Source: a bacterium
Lineage (GTDB): Bacteria > UBA8248
Length of the DNA stretch: 64,000 bases
Direction: 5' to 3'
Assembly (NCBI GenBank): GCA_965202625.1
Contig: CBDBBI010000010.1
Span: 736,001-800,000, forward strand
Part shown: positions 18,333-28,786 of the stretch, piece by piece
Layout: each line of letters begins with the position of its first letter
Position numbering within the stretch: position 1 is the first letter of the stretch
Position numbers and translations under genes: made by a program
The notes under the pieces: generated by a model
Database searches by the model: none
The model's input: the letters and a program-made list of their open reading frames with translations, nothing else
Told to the model about the DNA's origin: nothing

Positions 18333-20090
18333 TCATACTTCTCCTTGCCGCGTATACGCGACCTCACGTTTCGGGGTTGATGTGGGCACAGCCGTCTTCA
18401 ACGGGTCTTTCTCGAGCAAAATCTTGCCCTTCTCCCCCCGCGTAAGACGCGTCACAAAACTGCAATCTCTCTCATTCACCTCGGGGTAATCGATCCTGAA
18501 ATGCGCCCCTCGGCTCTCTTTCCTGTTCACGGCGGCGGTGGCGAGGAGTTTACCCAAAAGCGCCAGGTTTCTGACCGAAAGCGCGCTCTCCAGCTCATGT
18601 CCCCTTATTTTCTCCGACGCGCGCGCGCCCTCACCAAGACACATGTTTGGAACTTCCTCGCTCTCTATGCGTTCGAACTCATCCAGCGCATATTGACAGC
18701 CCCCGGCGTCCCGGATGGGCCCGAGTTTTTCATGCGCGAGCATCCGGCACCGCATGCGCACGTCCTTCTGGAGCGGCCCATCGTCCCGATGAACGAGCGC
18801 CTCCAACCAGGCGCGCTCTGATGCAGGAATACCCGCAAAAGTCGCCGACGCGCCTCGCGCATCCTCTTTTACCTGCGCGGAGGCCGCCCTACCCGCCCGC
18901 CTCCCATAGACCAAAGACGCGGAAAGCGCAGAGCCGCCAATTCTGTTTCCGCCGTGGATGCCGCCCCCCGTTTCGCCTGCGGCCCAAAGACCCGGCACGC
19001 TCGTTCCGCCGTCGACGTCGATCTCCAAGCCCCCGAGCCAAGTATGGCTGCCCGGCGCAACTTCGAGGGGCGTTCGGGTGATGTCGATGCCGCGAGCGAG
19101 GCACGTCTTATACACATGGGGGATTTGTTTTTGAATGGTCGTCATGGGGACTTGGGTCGCGTCCATATAAATGCCGCCCGTGAGACCCGCGCGACCTGCG
19201 TGAATTTCCTTCGCCATGGCGAGGATAACCTCGCTGCGCGCGCTTTTCTCCGCAGTTTCGGGGAAATAGCGCTTCAAGAACGCCTCCCCCTCCCGATTCA
19301 AAAATATGGCGCCCGCGTTGATGAACCCCGTGGGATGAGGAGCGAAGCCGAAAAGCGCCTCCGGCGCGCAGCACATGGCCTGAAAGTCGATCATTTCGAT
19401 GCCGACAAGAGGCGCGCCCGCCCTGAAACCCAAAACGTAGCCATCGCCCGTCACTTGCGGCGGATTGTCGTTGACATAAAAAAGGCCGCTTCCACCCCCC
19501 GTGGCCAAAATTACCTCGCGCGCGGCGAAAACCACGAGACGACCGTGGGAATAATCCACTCCCCATGCGCCCACGACGCGGCCTCCGTCGGTGATGAGGT
19601 CCACAATGGCCGTATGGGGATGTTGTCCGATTCGGGCATCGGAACGGAGCCTCCTGGATAGCGTCTTGGTGACCATGTTGCCCGTGGTGTCATGGTGATG
19701 AAGGGCGCGGGGATAGGTGTGGCTCGGAAACATTTTCAGGTCGAGCCCCCCTTCATCATCCGTTATGAATTCTGCGCCCCAGGCGCGCAGGTCACGCACG
19801 ACGTCAATGATGTCGTGGGTCCAGGTTTTCGCCAGATCCGGGTTGATGAGTTCTCCGCCATATTGGAGAACTTCTTGGAGATGAATCTCCGGACTATCGC
19901 CCGGAGCCATCGCCGCGGCGAAACCGCCTCTCGCCACGGTTGTCGTGCCGCTCGTGGCGCGGCCCTTGGTGGCCTGAATGACGCGCACCCCCGCTTGCGC
20001 ACACTCAAAAGCGGCCATCGTGCCCGCCGCGCCACCGCCCACGATGAGCACATCGGTCTCGTGCCGCTCCTCAGCTATGCTCCACTCCAT
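18333..20090 (-). CDS. FAD-binding oxidoreductase, SdhA/FrdA/NadB family
   Basis: GGGAAG, LATGG, HTWLGG, GLWAAGE..GGIHGGNRIGG, RKESRGAHFR.DYP. Confidence 0.9.
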   Translation of the reverse strand: MEWSIAEERHETDVLIVGGGAAGTMAAFECAQAGVRVIQATKGRATSGTTTVARGGFAAAMAPGDSPEIHLQEVLQYGGELINPDLAKTWTHDIIDVVRDLRAWGAEFITDDEGGLDLKMFPSHTYPRALHHHDTTGNMVTKTLSRRLRSDARIGQHPHTAIVDLITDGGRVVGAWGVDYSHGRLVVFAAREVILATGGGSGLFYVNDNPPQVTGDGYVLGFRAGAPLVGIEMIDFQAMCCAPEALFGFAPHPTGFINAGAIFLNREGEAFLKRYFPETAEKSARSEVILAMAKEIHAGRAGLTGGIYMDATQVPMTTIQKQIPHVYKTCLARGIDITRTPLEVAPGSHTWLGGLEIDVDGGTSVPGLWAAGETGGGIHGGNRIGGSALSASLVYGRRAGRAASAQVKEDARGASATFAGIPASERAWLEALVHRDDGPLQKDVRMRCRMLAHEKLGPIRDAGGCQYALDEFERIESEEVPNMCLGEGARASEKIRGHELESALSVRNLALLGKLLATAAVNRKESRGAHFRIDYPEVNERDCSFVTRLTRGEKGKILLEKDPLKTAVPTSTPKREVAYTRQGEV

Positions 20091-20376
20091 ATGAATCGTC
20101 CTCTCAGGATGCCCGGTTTCAAGGGAGCGCATCTATCGAAAACATCTTAAAACATTCCGGTAGAAAAAACCCGCCACGGAAGAGGCGCGCCGGGGGACGC
20201 ACAGGGGATTTTCTTGAAAGCCGCATTCCCGGGCTTCCACCCTGTGAGGAATCGGCCCGCAAGACGCACCCTACAAAGAGGAACCGAATTTGCGGAGACA
20301 TCGGTGAGATTGATGCGGACCCCAGCCCGAGGAGCGGAAGACGTCGCTTTCATCACGCTACGATGATGGAGCGCAT

Positions 20377-21627
20377 TCAGATATCAGCCCTGCCCAGCAT
20401 CTCGACCATCTTGTCCGCGCACGCGTCAGCGAAAGCCCCATCGTTGATGTGCAGATCGAGCGTGATGATCTCTCCGGTTTTCAGATTCTCCGCAAGCGAA
20501 GCCGCGAAGGCGGCATCCACTTCGGGCTGATGCCAACCGCCCGCCTCCTGGCCGCCGAGGGCATAGACTTTTCGCTTCGTGTGCTCGCTATAGCCTCTGG
20601 CGGGTATCAATACGCAAAGGGGGCCTTGGGCGCGGTTGAGCTTTTCCGCCATGAGGACGCCCAAAGTTTCGCACTCTTGTCTGTTGGTGCGCATCAAAAG
20701 ATTCTGGGCGTTGTATTGAAAAAACACTCTGCTCCGGTATTTTTCGGGCACCTGCCCCGTCCAGAAATTGGCGTGATCGAGCGCGCCTGGAGCCACGACC
20801 TGGGGAATGCCCGCCGCGCCCGCCGCCTCCAATCTGCCATCGCCCGCGCTGTATACGCCGCCCACGAGCAAATCCGTAAGCTCATGCGTGGTGACGTCCA
20901 CCACTCCGGCGAGTTCACCCCGGCCGCCCAAGGATTCGAGCGCGCGGCCGCCAGGACCGGAAGCATGGAAGAATATAACCTCGTAGCCCGCATCCGCCAG
21001 CCTTTTTTCGACGCGGTTGACACACGCCGCGGTGCCGCCAAAGGAGGAGACTCCGACGAGAGGCGGCGCAGGGCGGTCGCCGTCTCGCGCCACTCTCTCA
21101 CACTTCACCATTCCCGCGAGCGAGAGAGCGGCGTTTCTCATCACGCCCCGGGTGATGCGGTTGAGAGACAAATCACCGATGGAGGGGAACATTATGATAT
21201 CGCTTTCGGCCACATACCACTGCACGGCCGCAGTAGCGGCGACTACGCTCACCATCACCTTGGGTGCAAGGGGTGGCAGCACACGCATGACGCCGCAGGC
21301 CATTGAGGTGCCGTTCGCGCCTCCGAGGCCAACCACGCCCCTGATTTCTCCTTTCTGAAACTTTTGGGACACGACCCGTCGTCCGCCTTCCATCATCACT
21401 TCGGACGCGGCGCTTCTTTCCATCCGCGCCAGCTCGCCCCAACTCTTCCCTGACGCCGAAGCTATTTCTCCGCCGCCGACGTCCGCGCCACGCGCCTCAT
21501 GTGGCCTACAGGACAAATCGATCACAAAGGCCCTCACGCCGCAACTCTCGAGCGTCTGCGCTAAAAAGCGCGCCTCCGCCCCCTTGCTGTCCATCGTCGC
21601 CAACAACGCTACCGCGAGAACTGACAT
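20377..21627 (-). CDS. Tm-1-like ATP-binding domain protein (UPF0261)
   Basis: ATMDSKG.E, GLGGANGT, LP..PKVMVS, FHASG.GG, DVTTHE, HIND..FA. Confidence 0.88.
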   Translation of the reverse strand: MSVLAVALLATMDSKGAEARFLAQTLESCGVRAFVIDLSCRPHEARGADVGGGEIASASGKSWGELARMERSAASEVMMEGGRRVVSQKFQKGEIRGVVGLGGANGTSMACGVMRVLPPLAPKVMVSVVAATAAVQWYVAESDIIMFPSIGDLSLNRITRGVMRNAALSLAGMVKCERVARDGDRPAPPLVGVSSFGGTAACVNRVEKRLADAGYEVIFFHASGPGGRALESLGGRGELAGVVDVTTHELTDLLVGGVYSAGDGRLEAAGAAGIPQVVAPGALDHANFWTGQVPEKYRSRVFFQYNAQNLLMRTNRQECETLGVLMAEKLNRAQGPLCVLIPARGYSEHTKRKVYALGGQEAGGWHQPEVDAAFAASLAENLKTGEIITLDLHINDGAFADACADKMVEMLGRADI

Positions 21628-21685
21628 TTTACTCCCATCGGAATGTTCCTGACTGCCTGATGGATGATTTCTGAAAGGATGCGTC

Positions 21686-22519
21686 TTATTTTCTCAATCG
21701 CACCGACTTAAAACCCTGTGCCGCCCTCGGTACGGCGTCCTCCACCGGAAAACGCTCTGCGGAGGAGCCGCCTACGTATCCATCAAAACGGCTTTCCAAA
21801 TCGAGAAGTTTTTCAAAGTCGCGCGGAGTTTCTATAGCACCTCCATGGCAGGTGAAGATTCTGTCTCGATACCTTGGCAAGAGGGCGTCAAAAATAGCCG
21901 TGGCCCTGCGGGCGGCTTCATCAAGCGGGACAACCGTATTCGATCCGATGGAGCCGCCGGAGCTGTTGCCGAAATGAATAATGACATTGTCGACCCCTGC
22001 CTCCGCCATGGCAAGCGCTTCATCCGGCGTAGTGGTGAAAGCCTTCGTGAACATGCCCTTGCGACTCGCGTATCCCAAAACATCGACTTCTTTCGAAAAC
22101 CCCATACCCGTTTCTTCCAAATCTTTCCTGAAATTTCCATCGATCAGAGCGACGGTTGGGCAGTTCATCACGCCATGGAAACCGACGGCTTCCACTCTGT
22201 CCACGAACGAAAACATGTTTCTCGTAGGATCAGTGGCTAACACGCCGGCGACGACAGGACATCCGCGCACGACGTTCAAAATGGAACGCTCACCCAACTC
22301 AAGCGTGATGGCGTTCGCGTCCCCAATAGGAAGATAGCCCGCCATCGAGCTCAAACCCTGCATCCGATAATAGGCCAGATTAAAGGTCGTGAGGAGGTCC
22401 GCTCCGCCACGCGCAGCGAATTTTGCCGTGATGCCGCTTCCACAAAGAGCGTCATATATCGCACGCCCAGCATTTTTTTCAGCCCCCAGACGAGCGAGAA
22501 TTTCGCTTTTTAGTATCAT
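21686..22519 (-). CDS. PEP hydrolase-like / TIM-barrel signal transduction family protein
   Basis: GSGITAK..GGADL, YRMQG.SSMAG.LPIGDAN, PTVALIDG.FR..LEETGMG, CHGG, GGSS.ER.P.E. Confidence 0.88.
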   Translation of the reverse strand: MILKSEILARLGAEKNAGRAIYDALCGSGITAKFAARGGADLLTTFNLAYYRMQGLSSMAGYLPIGDANAITLELGERSILNVVRGCPVVAGVLATDPTRNMFSFVDRVEAVGFHGVMNCPTVALIDGNFRKDLEETGMGFSKEVDVLGYASRKGMFTKAFTTTPDEALAMAEAGVDNVIIHFGNSSGGSIGSNTVVPLDEAARRATAIFDALLPRYRDRIFTCHGGAIETPRDFEKLLDLESRFDGYVGGSSAERFPVEDAVPRAAQGFKSVRLRK

Positions 22520-22819
22520 TATGAATTATGTGTCCTCAAAATATCAATATGTTGCATAAAATATCTAAGAAAAAACTTGAGATATTATGGCTTTTTCGGC
22601 TCCTCAATAAACTGCGCGTGCGGCCCCGAGTCATTTTCACGCTTGGTGCCACGCCCGCCTTTGTGTGAAAATAAGGCTGGTGGAAGGAGGAGACGTATCG
22701 CGTTTGAAATCATGTTGTTCTCAGGATAATCTATAGTATTCATGTGGTGCTTGAGATGCGCGTCTGCATGAAAATTATATTGTCCTGAGAATGTGCTCTG
22801 GTGATCTCGCTCGCCCGAG

Positions 22820-22853
22820 CCGCTCCGCCTCTCTTGAGATTGAGGTGGAGCGG
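22820..22853. terminator. Hairpin downstream of the MoxR operon
   Basis: CCGCTCCGCCTC-N10-GAGGTGGAGCGG, about 80 nt after the stop at 22933. Confidence 0.45.
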
Positions 22854-22932
22854 TGCGGGACCACATAGTTGAAGGGGTGAAGCGCGCGCTGAACAGACGC
22901 TAGAGAACACGAGAACTTATTCCCTGCTGTTC

Positions 22933-25056
22933 TCAAGTTCTGTCCGCCAAGAACGCTTCGGCGACAAATACCCCTCCCAGCAAAACGAAAAGAAGCGCGC
23001 TCACATCCATGAGTCCCAAAAGCGAACGCAGTGAATCCGCATCATCCGCAGGCAAGTCTCGCACATCGATTTTCTGGAGTTTTTCTTTCAGATCGCTCAC
23101 CTCCACGGGGGAGACGTTCGCTTCAGAGGCGGGCATGTTCACGCTCACGAGATGCTCCTCATCGGGCGTAAGAACGCGATAAAAACCCGCGCGGCCCGTA
23201 TCCCGGTAATGGACGACTGCGCCGCCGGAGGCTTTGCCCAGCCGCAACCCATCCAGGGATTCGGCTTGCGGGGCACTCTCCATGAATTGAAGCGCACGCT
23301 CTTCACCGACGGGCCCTCGTATTTGTATCGCCTCCCCCACCCGTCTGATGGACGCGCGCATTTCAAACGAATCCCCCACGTTCACGGACGAGGCCACCCC
23401 TTCCCTCGTCCCGCCCAAAAAATCGGAAACTCCTCTTATGAAAGGGACGAAAACAGGCCGCACGGCGAGGTCCGTCCAGTCTCGATCACAAGTAGAGCCC
23501 CAAACCATCACCCGCCCGGAGCCTACGGAGCCGCCGACCAAAACGGGAGTTCCATCGGAAAGCTCCAACAAGACGCGCCCGTCTCGCGCCGGCGCAAGCG
23601 GCGTGATGCGCGCCAGGCGCAAGGCAGAGAAAAACCGCTCGCCGTTCGCCCCCAGCAGAGAAAAAGCCGGATGCGCCTCCGCGTCCTGGGCGATTTTAAG
23701 GCTTTGAGATGGGCGCAGCGTCGTGGGGCCTCCCGGCACCCCTGGAAGCCAACCCAAACCAGCCCCCGTTTCGCTTGACAACTCACCCGTGGCCCAAAAA
23801 AGCCCTCCGCCCTTTTCGACAAAACTTCTCAGCCGCTGTCTCCCCCCCTCGGACCAGCCGCCCACATTGCAGCCGATGACGTAGTCGTAATCATCCCATT
23901 CCACGCTGTTCAATTCATAAGATGCCACGACGCGCGCCAACACCGGAGATTCCCCGCCTAGGGGGGCCGCACTCAGGGCGTTAACGATGAAAAAAGTTTC
24001 GCTGTCCTGGAGTCCCCGTTTCGGGTCTCCATCAATGACCAAGGCGCGCAGACGCTTACCAATGCGGGCCGCAAAGTAAAACCGGTTCGTTGGCGAAAGA
24101 TTATCCCGCGGTAATTGTAGACGGCCATAGAGCACACCCTTTCGGGGCGCGTTCACCCGAAAACTCAAAGGATTCGACCCATTCGGCTCGACGTCCACTC
24201 TGGCCGTTTCCTGTAGGTTTTCCCCCACGAACAATCGCACGGGAACGTTCACTTGTTTCTCGTTTCCTCGGTTGAAAACGCGTGCGCCGATGGTGAAGGG
24301 AAAGCCGGCCTTGGGCGGCCACGGCTTCATCCGCACGTTCTGGAGACTCAAATCCGCCACTCCGGCCTCTGGGGCCACGCGCACGAATTGGATGTGAACG
24401 TGCGGGTTCCGGCGCTTGAGATTACGAATCTGAAACGACCCCCAATCGCTGCGGGCAAAATCGCTGAAAACGACGATGTTTCTCCGCCTCGCACGGGGCG
24501 ACGCGCTCTCGAGTGCGCGCTGAACGACACGAGCCGGCGCACCTTTTCCATCGGTTTGGCGAATCTTATCCAGTGCTTCAAGCGCATCCTCGCGCTTCAA
24601 TTCCTTGAATGGAGCGATACTCGATTGTTCGACGGTCGGCGCGATACTCATTCGGTCAGAATCCGACATGTCCTCAATCATCCGCTTCACGGTGCGCTTC
24701 GCCAAGTCAAAACGACTACCCTTGTGCGTAGAAAACGCCATGCTCGCTGAATTATCAATCACGGCGAAGGTGTGGACGGGAAACCATCCACCGCTCGATA
24801 CACGGCCCTCCGTGGCGAGAAGAGGGCGCGAAGCCAGGAAAATGGTCAGCCCAACGGCACACACGCGGAGAAATAAAAGTATCCAGTTTCTGAGCCTACT
24901 TCGATTTGTGATGCGACGCTGCGTTCTGAGCAAGAATTCAAAAGTGGGGAGCCGATACCTCCGGACGAGACGTCTCCTTAAAAAGTGAATCAGGATAGGG
25001 AGAACAGCGAGCCCCATTCCCCAAAGAAGCGCGCTGTGCAAAAATTGAAAACCCAA
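22933..25056 (-). CDS. BatA/vWA domain membrane protein
   Basis: LPILIHFL..LL.FLR N-terminal double TM, MIDAS DNSASM, FSD, CARDB- and GATase-like region, C-terminal TM. Confidence 0.88.
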   Translation of the reverse strand: MGFQFLHSALLWGMGLAVLPILIHFLRRRLVRRYRLPTFEFLLRTQRRITNRSRLRNWILLFLRVCAVGLTIFLASRPLLATEGRVSSGGWFPVHTFAVIDNSASMAFSTHKGSRFDLAKRTVKRMIEDMSDSDRMSIAPTVEQSSIAPFKELKREDALEALDKIRQTDGKGAPARVVQRALESASPRARRRNIVVFSDFARSDWGSFQIRNLKRRNPHVHIQFVRVAPEAGVADLSLQNVRMKPWPPKAGFPFTIGARVFNRGNEKQVNVPVRLFVGENLQETARVDVEPNGSNPLSFRVNAPRKGVLYGRLQLPRDNLSPTNRFYFAARIGKRLRALVIDGDPKRGLQDSETFFIVNALSAAPLGGESPVLARVVASYELNSVEWDDYDYVIGCNVGGWSEGGRQRLRSFVEKGGGLFWATGELSSETGAGLGWLPGVPGGPTTLRPSQSLKIAQDAEAHPAFSLLGANGERFFSALRLARITPLAPARDGRVLLELSDGTPVLVGGSVGSGRVMVWGSTCDRDWTDLAVRPVFVPFIRGVSDFLGGTREGVASSVNVGDSFEMRASIRRVGEAIQIRGPVGEERALQFMESAPQAESLDGLRLGKASGGAVVHYRDTGRAGFYRVLTPDEEHLVSVNMPASEANVSPVEVSDLKEKLQKIDVRDLPADDADSLRSLLGLMDVSALLFVLLGGVFVAEAFLADRT

Positions 25057-25067
25057 TTCGGCTTCTC

Positions 25068-25964
25068 CTAAAACGTCCCTCTACGCCCTCGCCGAGCCAG
25101 AAACCGTATCAAGCTTTTGTCCAACGGATCAGCCGTCGAGACAAGATGATAATCGACCCCCAAGTCTGCGCACCGCTCGCGCATTCGCTCCAGAAATTCT
25201 TCCAAAAGCGCGAGATAGGGCCTCTTCACCACCTCACATTCCACCGTAACGTTTCTATTCGTTTCGACGTCATCCATCCTCGCGAGGCCCTCAAAGGGAA
25301 AATCCAGTTCCGCGCTGTCAAGAACGTGAAAGACTATGACGTCGTTTCCTTTTAGGCACAGCAGCCTGAGTGATCTCTCCACCGCTTCCGGCTCATCGAG
25401 CAAATCGGAAACGATGACGACGAGTCCTCTCCTCTTTAGACGTTCCGCGAGGGAAAACAGCGAACGGGCAATCCCCGTTCCTCCCATGGGCTTGACCCCT
25501 TGGAGACGCGCCAGCAGAGCCAGCAGGTGCCTCTTTACGGATCTAGGCGGAACTTGCGCATCTTCTTCCTCATGAGAAATAACCAGACCCACCGCGTCAG
25601 ACTGCCCAAGTAGCAAATACGCCATCGCCGAGGCGAGAGTAGCCGCATAGCCCCACTTGCTCAGAAAGCCATCCCCAAAATCCATCGACGCGCTGGCGTC
25701 GATGACGAGGTGAGCGCGTAGGTTCGTCTCATCTTCATATTGTTTTACGAGGTAGCGGTCGAATTTTCCATACGCTTTCCAGTCAATGTGGCGGAGTTCA
25801 TCTCCCGGAGAGTAGGCCCTGTGTTCCTCAAAATCAACGCTGAAACCACGCGAGCGGCTCCTGTGGACGCCACTCATCAAACCCTCGACCACGTGACGGG
25901 CGCGGAGCTGGAGATTGGACAATCGCGAGATGAGGGCGGGGTGGAAGTATTCCTCCGGGTTCAA
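25068..25964 (-). CDS. DUF58 (vWA-like) protein
   Basis: G.HRS..GFSVDFEEHR.Y.PGDELRHIDWK, DASASM, IVSDL. Confidence 0.93.
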   Translation of the reverse strand: MNPEEYFHPALISRLSNLQLRARHVVEGLMSGVHRSRSRGFSVDFEEHRAYSPGDELRHIDWKAYGKFDRYLVKQYEDETNLRAHLVIDASASMDFGDGFLSKWGYAATLASAMAYLLLGQSDAVGLVISHEEEDAQVPPRSVKRHLLALLARLQGVKPMGGTGIARSLFSLAERLKRRGLVVIVSDLLDEPEAVERSLRLLCLKGNDVIVFHVLDSAELDFPFEGLARMDDVETNRNVTVECEVVKRPYLALLEEFLERMRERCADLGVDYHLVSTADPLDKSLIRFLARRGRRGTF

Positions 25965-25986
25965 GGCAATTTCCCCAAAACCCCGC

Positions 25987-27039
25987 TCATGCGGCCTCGG
26001 TAGCCTCCGCCGGGGGTGCGATGGCTTCGAGAAGCCGCGTTATCAAGGACATGGAGTCATATCCTTCCGCCTGGCCGCGGAAGTTCACCAGAATCCGATG
26101 CCGCAACACGGGTTCGGCCAATGCCCTCACGTCTTCAATCGTAGCGGCGTATCTGCCCCGAAGCAGCGCGCGCGCGCGCGCGCCAAGAATCAGATATTGG
26201 CTGGCTCTTGGACCCGCGCCCCATTCCACATAGTGGCGGACGAAATCAGGAGCGCTCTCGTCGCTCGGCCGAGACGCGCGCGCGAGGGAAACCGCGTATT
26301 CCACGACATAGGGAGCTGCTGGCACGCGGCGCACCAACTCCTGGAACAATAAAATCTGCTCACCATCCACAATCTTTTCGAGCTGGGGGTCATAGTTCGA
26401 CGTCGTTTGCGCGACAATTTCTTTTTCCTCCACCAGACTCGGATACGATACCCCCACTTCGAACATAAACCTGTCCAGCTGCGCCTCCGGCAACGGATAC
26501 GTCCCTTCCTGCTCCACGGGGTTCTGGGTCGCAAGAACGAAAAATGGAGGATTCAGGAAGTGCGCTTGTCCACCGGCCGTCACATGCAGCTCCTGCATGG
26601 ATTGCAGCAGCGCCGCCTGCGTTTTAGGCGACGTGCGGTTGATCTCATCGGCCAGAAGTATCTGCGTGAAGATAGGTCCCCTAATGAAGCGAAAAGAGCG
26701 CCTTCCTTCGGTCGTGTCATCCAGAATATCCGTGCCCGTAATATCTGAGGGCATCAGATCGGGCGTGAACTGGATACGGTTGAAATCGAGCTGTAAGACT
26801 CGCGCCAAGGTGCGTATCAGCAGGGTTTTAGCCAGGCCCGGCACGCCAACCAAAAGACAGTGGCCCTTCGAGAGCAAGGCTATCAAAACCAAATCAATGA
26901 CTTCCGCTTGGCCAACGATGATCTTTCGCACCTGCTCCAAGATGGCGTCGCGCTTAAGGCCAATCTCGCGCGCCACTTCCACGTCCATCTCACTCATTTG
27001 TGATTTTTCACTTCCCGTATCATCAAACGTTTCGTTCAT
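25987..27039 (-). CDS. moxR: MoxR family AAA+ ATPase
   Basis: [50 protein letters not shown]. Confidence 0.96.
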   Translation of the reverse strand: MNETFDDTGSEKSQMSEMDVEVAREIGLKRDAILEQVRKIIVGQAEVIDLVLIALLSKGHCLLVGVPGLAKTLLIRTLARVLQLDFNRIQFTPDLMPSDITGTDILDDTTEGRRSFRFIRGPIFTQILLADEINRTSPKTQAALLQSMQELHVTAGGQAHFLNPPFFVLATQNPVEQEGTYPLPEAQLDRFMFEVGVSYPSLVEEKEIVAQTTSNYDPQLEKIVDGEQILLFQELVRRVPAAPYVVEYAVSLARASRPSDESAPDFVRHYVEWGAGPRASQYLILGARARALLRGRYAATIEDVRALAEPVLRHRILVNFRGQAEGYDSMSLITRLLEAIAPPAEATEAA

Positions 27040-27061
27040 TCGATACCGCCTTCTGAGGGGC

Positions 27062-28786
27062 TCAGCGGAGCGCCATGACGCGCAGAGCCTCCCGTTGCCG
27101 CTTCGCTTTTTTCTCGTCGCCTATCCTCTCATAGTGCGCCAACAAGCGCTGATGAGCCAGTTGAATAAACGGGTTGATCTCCAACACTTCCTCCCACGCC
27201 CTGAGCGCGCGATTCGGCTTTTGGCCCATCTCGCTCGCCAGCGCTTGATGCACGTATGTCATCGCGTAGTCCGGGTCCACCTCGAGTGCTTTTCGAATAT
27301 GCCGCTCTGCCTGTGAGATCATGCCAAGACGTATCTCGACCTGGGCCGCGCGATTGAGCAGGGGCTGGGAGTCCGGTTCATCGCGCAGCGCACGGCGATA
27401 CTCAACCAAGGCCGCTCTCATTCTCCCGCGAAACGAGAGCCTGTCGCCCAACCTCATGCGCCTTCTGGCCACGGCGCTCCTAAGTGCCGCCAAATCCAGC
27501 GTCCGCTCACTCATCGGCCCCTTGGGCTTCAACTTCGGCTGAGAAATCCGCACTCCTGAGAATGAGCGAAGAGGGAGTTTTCTGAGATGTGCTCTCCACA
27601 TTTTCTCAAATCCATTCAAATCGACTCCGGCGAGAATCCGCAGGCCAGGCTCGGCGCTCTGAGGCGGACCCGTACCCTCTAATTCAACGAGACTCGCATG
27701 CCTTTGCAAACGCGCACTGGCACCCATTTTCTTCTGAAGGTTTGATGCTTCCCCTGATTTTTGCGGGGAGGACGCGTTTCGGATACCCGCCAACAATCGA
27801 ACGAGTGCGCGCGCGCCCATCTTTCGGTGGATGAAATCAGCGGCGGAAGCCGCTTCCGCGTAAGCTAATTGCACGTCTTGCGGCGTATCCAGATAGATGA
27901 GGCTCGGTTCCATCCTCTTGAATGTAATATAGCTGCCCGCTTCTCTCGCTTTATACAACAAGGCTTCCTCGCCCGGGTGAAGATAGTCCCGCTCATCATC
28001 TCGCCATTTTTTCTCCAAATACTTGGCGATTCCCTCATGGAGCCAGATAGGAGCGCGATTCCTCGTGGCTCGCACGATGAGATAATGGACGTATTCATGC
28101 GCCGCAGTGTCGAGCCAGCGATAGCCCCGCAGGAGCGCGCCGGGCGATAAAAGCATCAGTTTGTTGAACTTGGAGACCCCGACTGCTCCCTTCTCCTCAA
28201 TGTCTCGCCTCGATAAAGTGGAGGATTTATGAAAACGGCTCGAATCCGAGAAAAGCTCCACCCGAATCCGCTCTTTGGGCCTTACGCCCAACGTTTCTCC
28301 ATACCGCGCATACGCTTTCTCAAGGGTATCACCCAGATAGGGGAGAAGAATGGCGTCTTCTCCCGGTTCGTACCAGATGTCGAAATGCGTCGTTTTATAC
28401 GCTTCAAACCCTTTAACAGCCGCTTGCGTCTGACGCACATGAAGCCTAAGCTCGAGCCATTCTCCATCGCCTGGTCTTTTTTGGAGCGCCGCGTTGAGGT
28501 GGGCAAGGGACTCAGAAAACCTGCCCTCCAGATAATCCACTGCCCCAGAGAGGGCCCGCCATTCAGCAAGCCCGGGGGATTCACGGCTAAGCAATTCCAC
28601 TTTATTCCTGGCGGCTTTCAGGTTCCACATCCGAAGCGCATCCACCGCCTCGCTATAGCCGTCCGGCCGCTTCACGTCCAGCGACGGTGGCACCACGCGA
28701 TTGACGGTGTGCGCTATCGCTAACGGAGCAAGCGCGAACGCAAAGAAAAGGGAGATGAGAAGAAAAAACGCTTTTTTCAACATCAT
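27062..28786 (-). CDS. Secreted TPR-containing zinc metallopeptidase (peptidase MA/gluzincin-like)
   Basis: Signal peptide, HEYVH followed by [12 protein letters not shown]-like repeats at both ends. Confidence 0.82.
   Translation of the reverse strand: MMLKKAFFLLISLFFAFALAPLAIAHTVNRVVPPSLDVKRPDGYSEAVDALRMWNLKAARNKVELLSRESPGLAEWRALSGAVDYLEGRFSESLAHLNAALQKRPGDGEWLELRLHVRQTQAAVKGFEAYKTTHFDIWYEPGEDAILLPYLGDTLEKAYARYGETLGVRPKERIRVELFSDSSRFHKSSTLSRRDIEEKGAVGVSKFNKLMLLSPGALLRGYRWLDTAAHEYVHYLIVRATRNRAPIWLHEGIAKYLEKKWRDDERDYLHPGEEALLYKAREAGSYITFKRMEPSLIYLDTPQDVQLAYAEAASAADFIHRKMGARALVRLLAGIRNASSPQKSGEASNLQKKMGASARLQRHASLVELEGTGPPQSAEPGLRILAGVDLNGFEKMWRAHLRKLPLRSFSGVRISQPKLKPKGPMSERTLDLAALRSAVARRRMRLGDRLSFRGRMRAALVEYRRALRDEPDSQPLLNRAAQVEIRLGMISQAERHIRKALEVDPDYAMTYVHQALASEMGQKPNRALRAWEEVLEINPFIQLAHQRLLAHYERIGDEKKAKRQREALRVMALR

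Noticed and set aside
20150-20370. Riboswitch upstream of the flavoprotein
   Set aside because: GC-rich and foldable, but I could not match FMN, cobalamin, TPP or SAM consensus motifs.
26166-26182. (GC)n dinucleotide run
   Set aside because: It encodes ARARA within moxR; a coding by-product.
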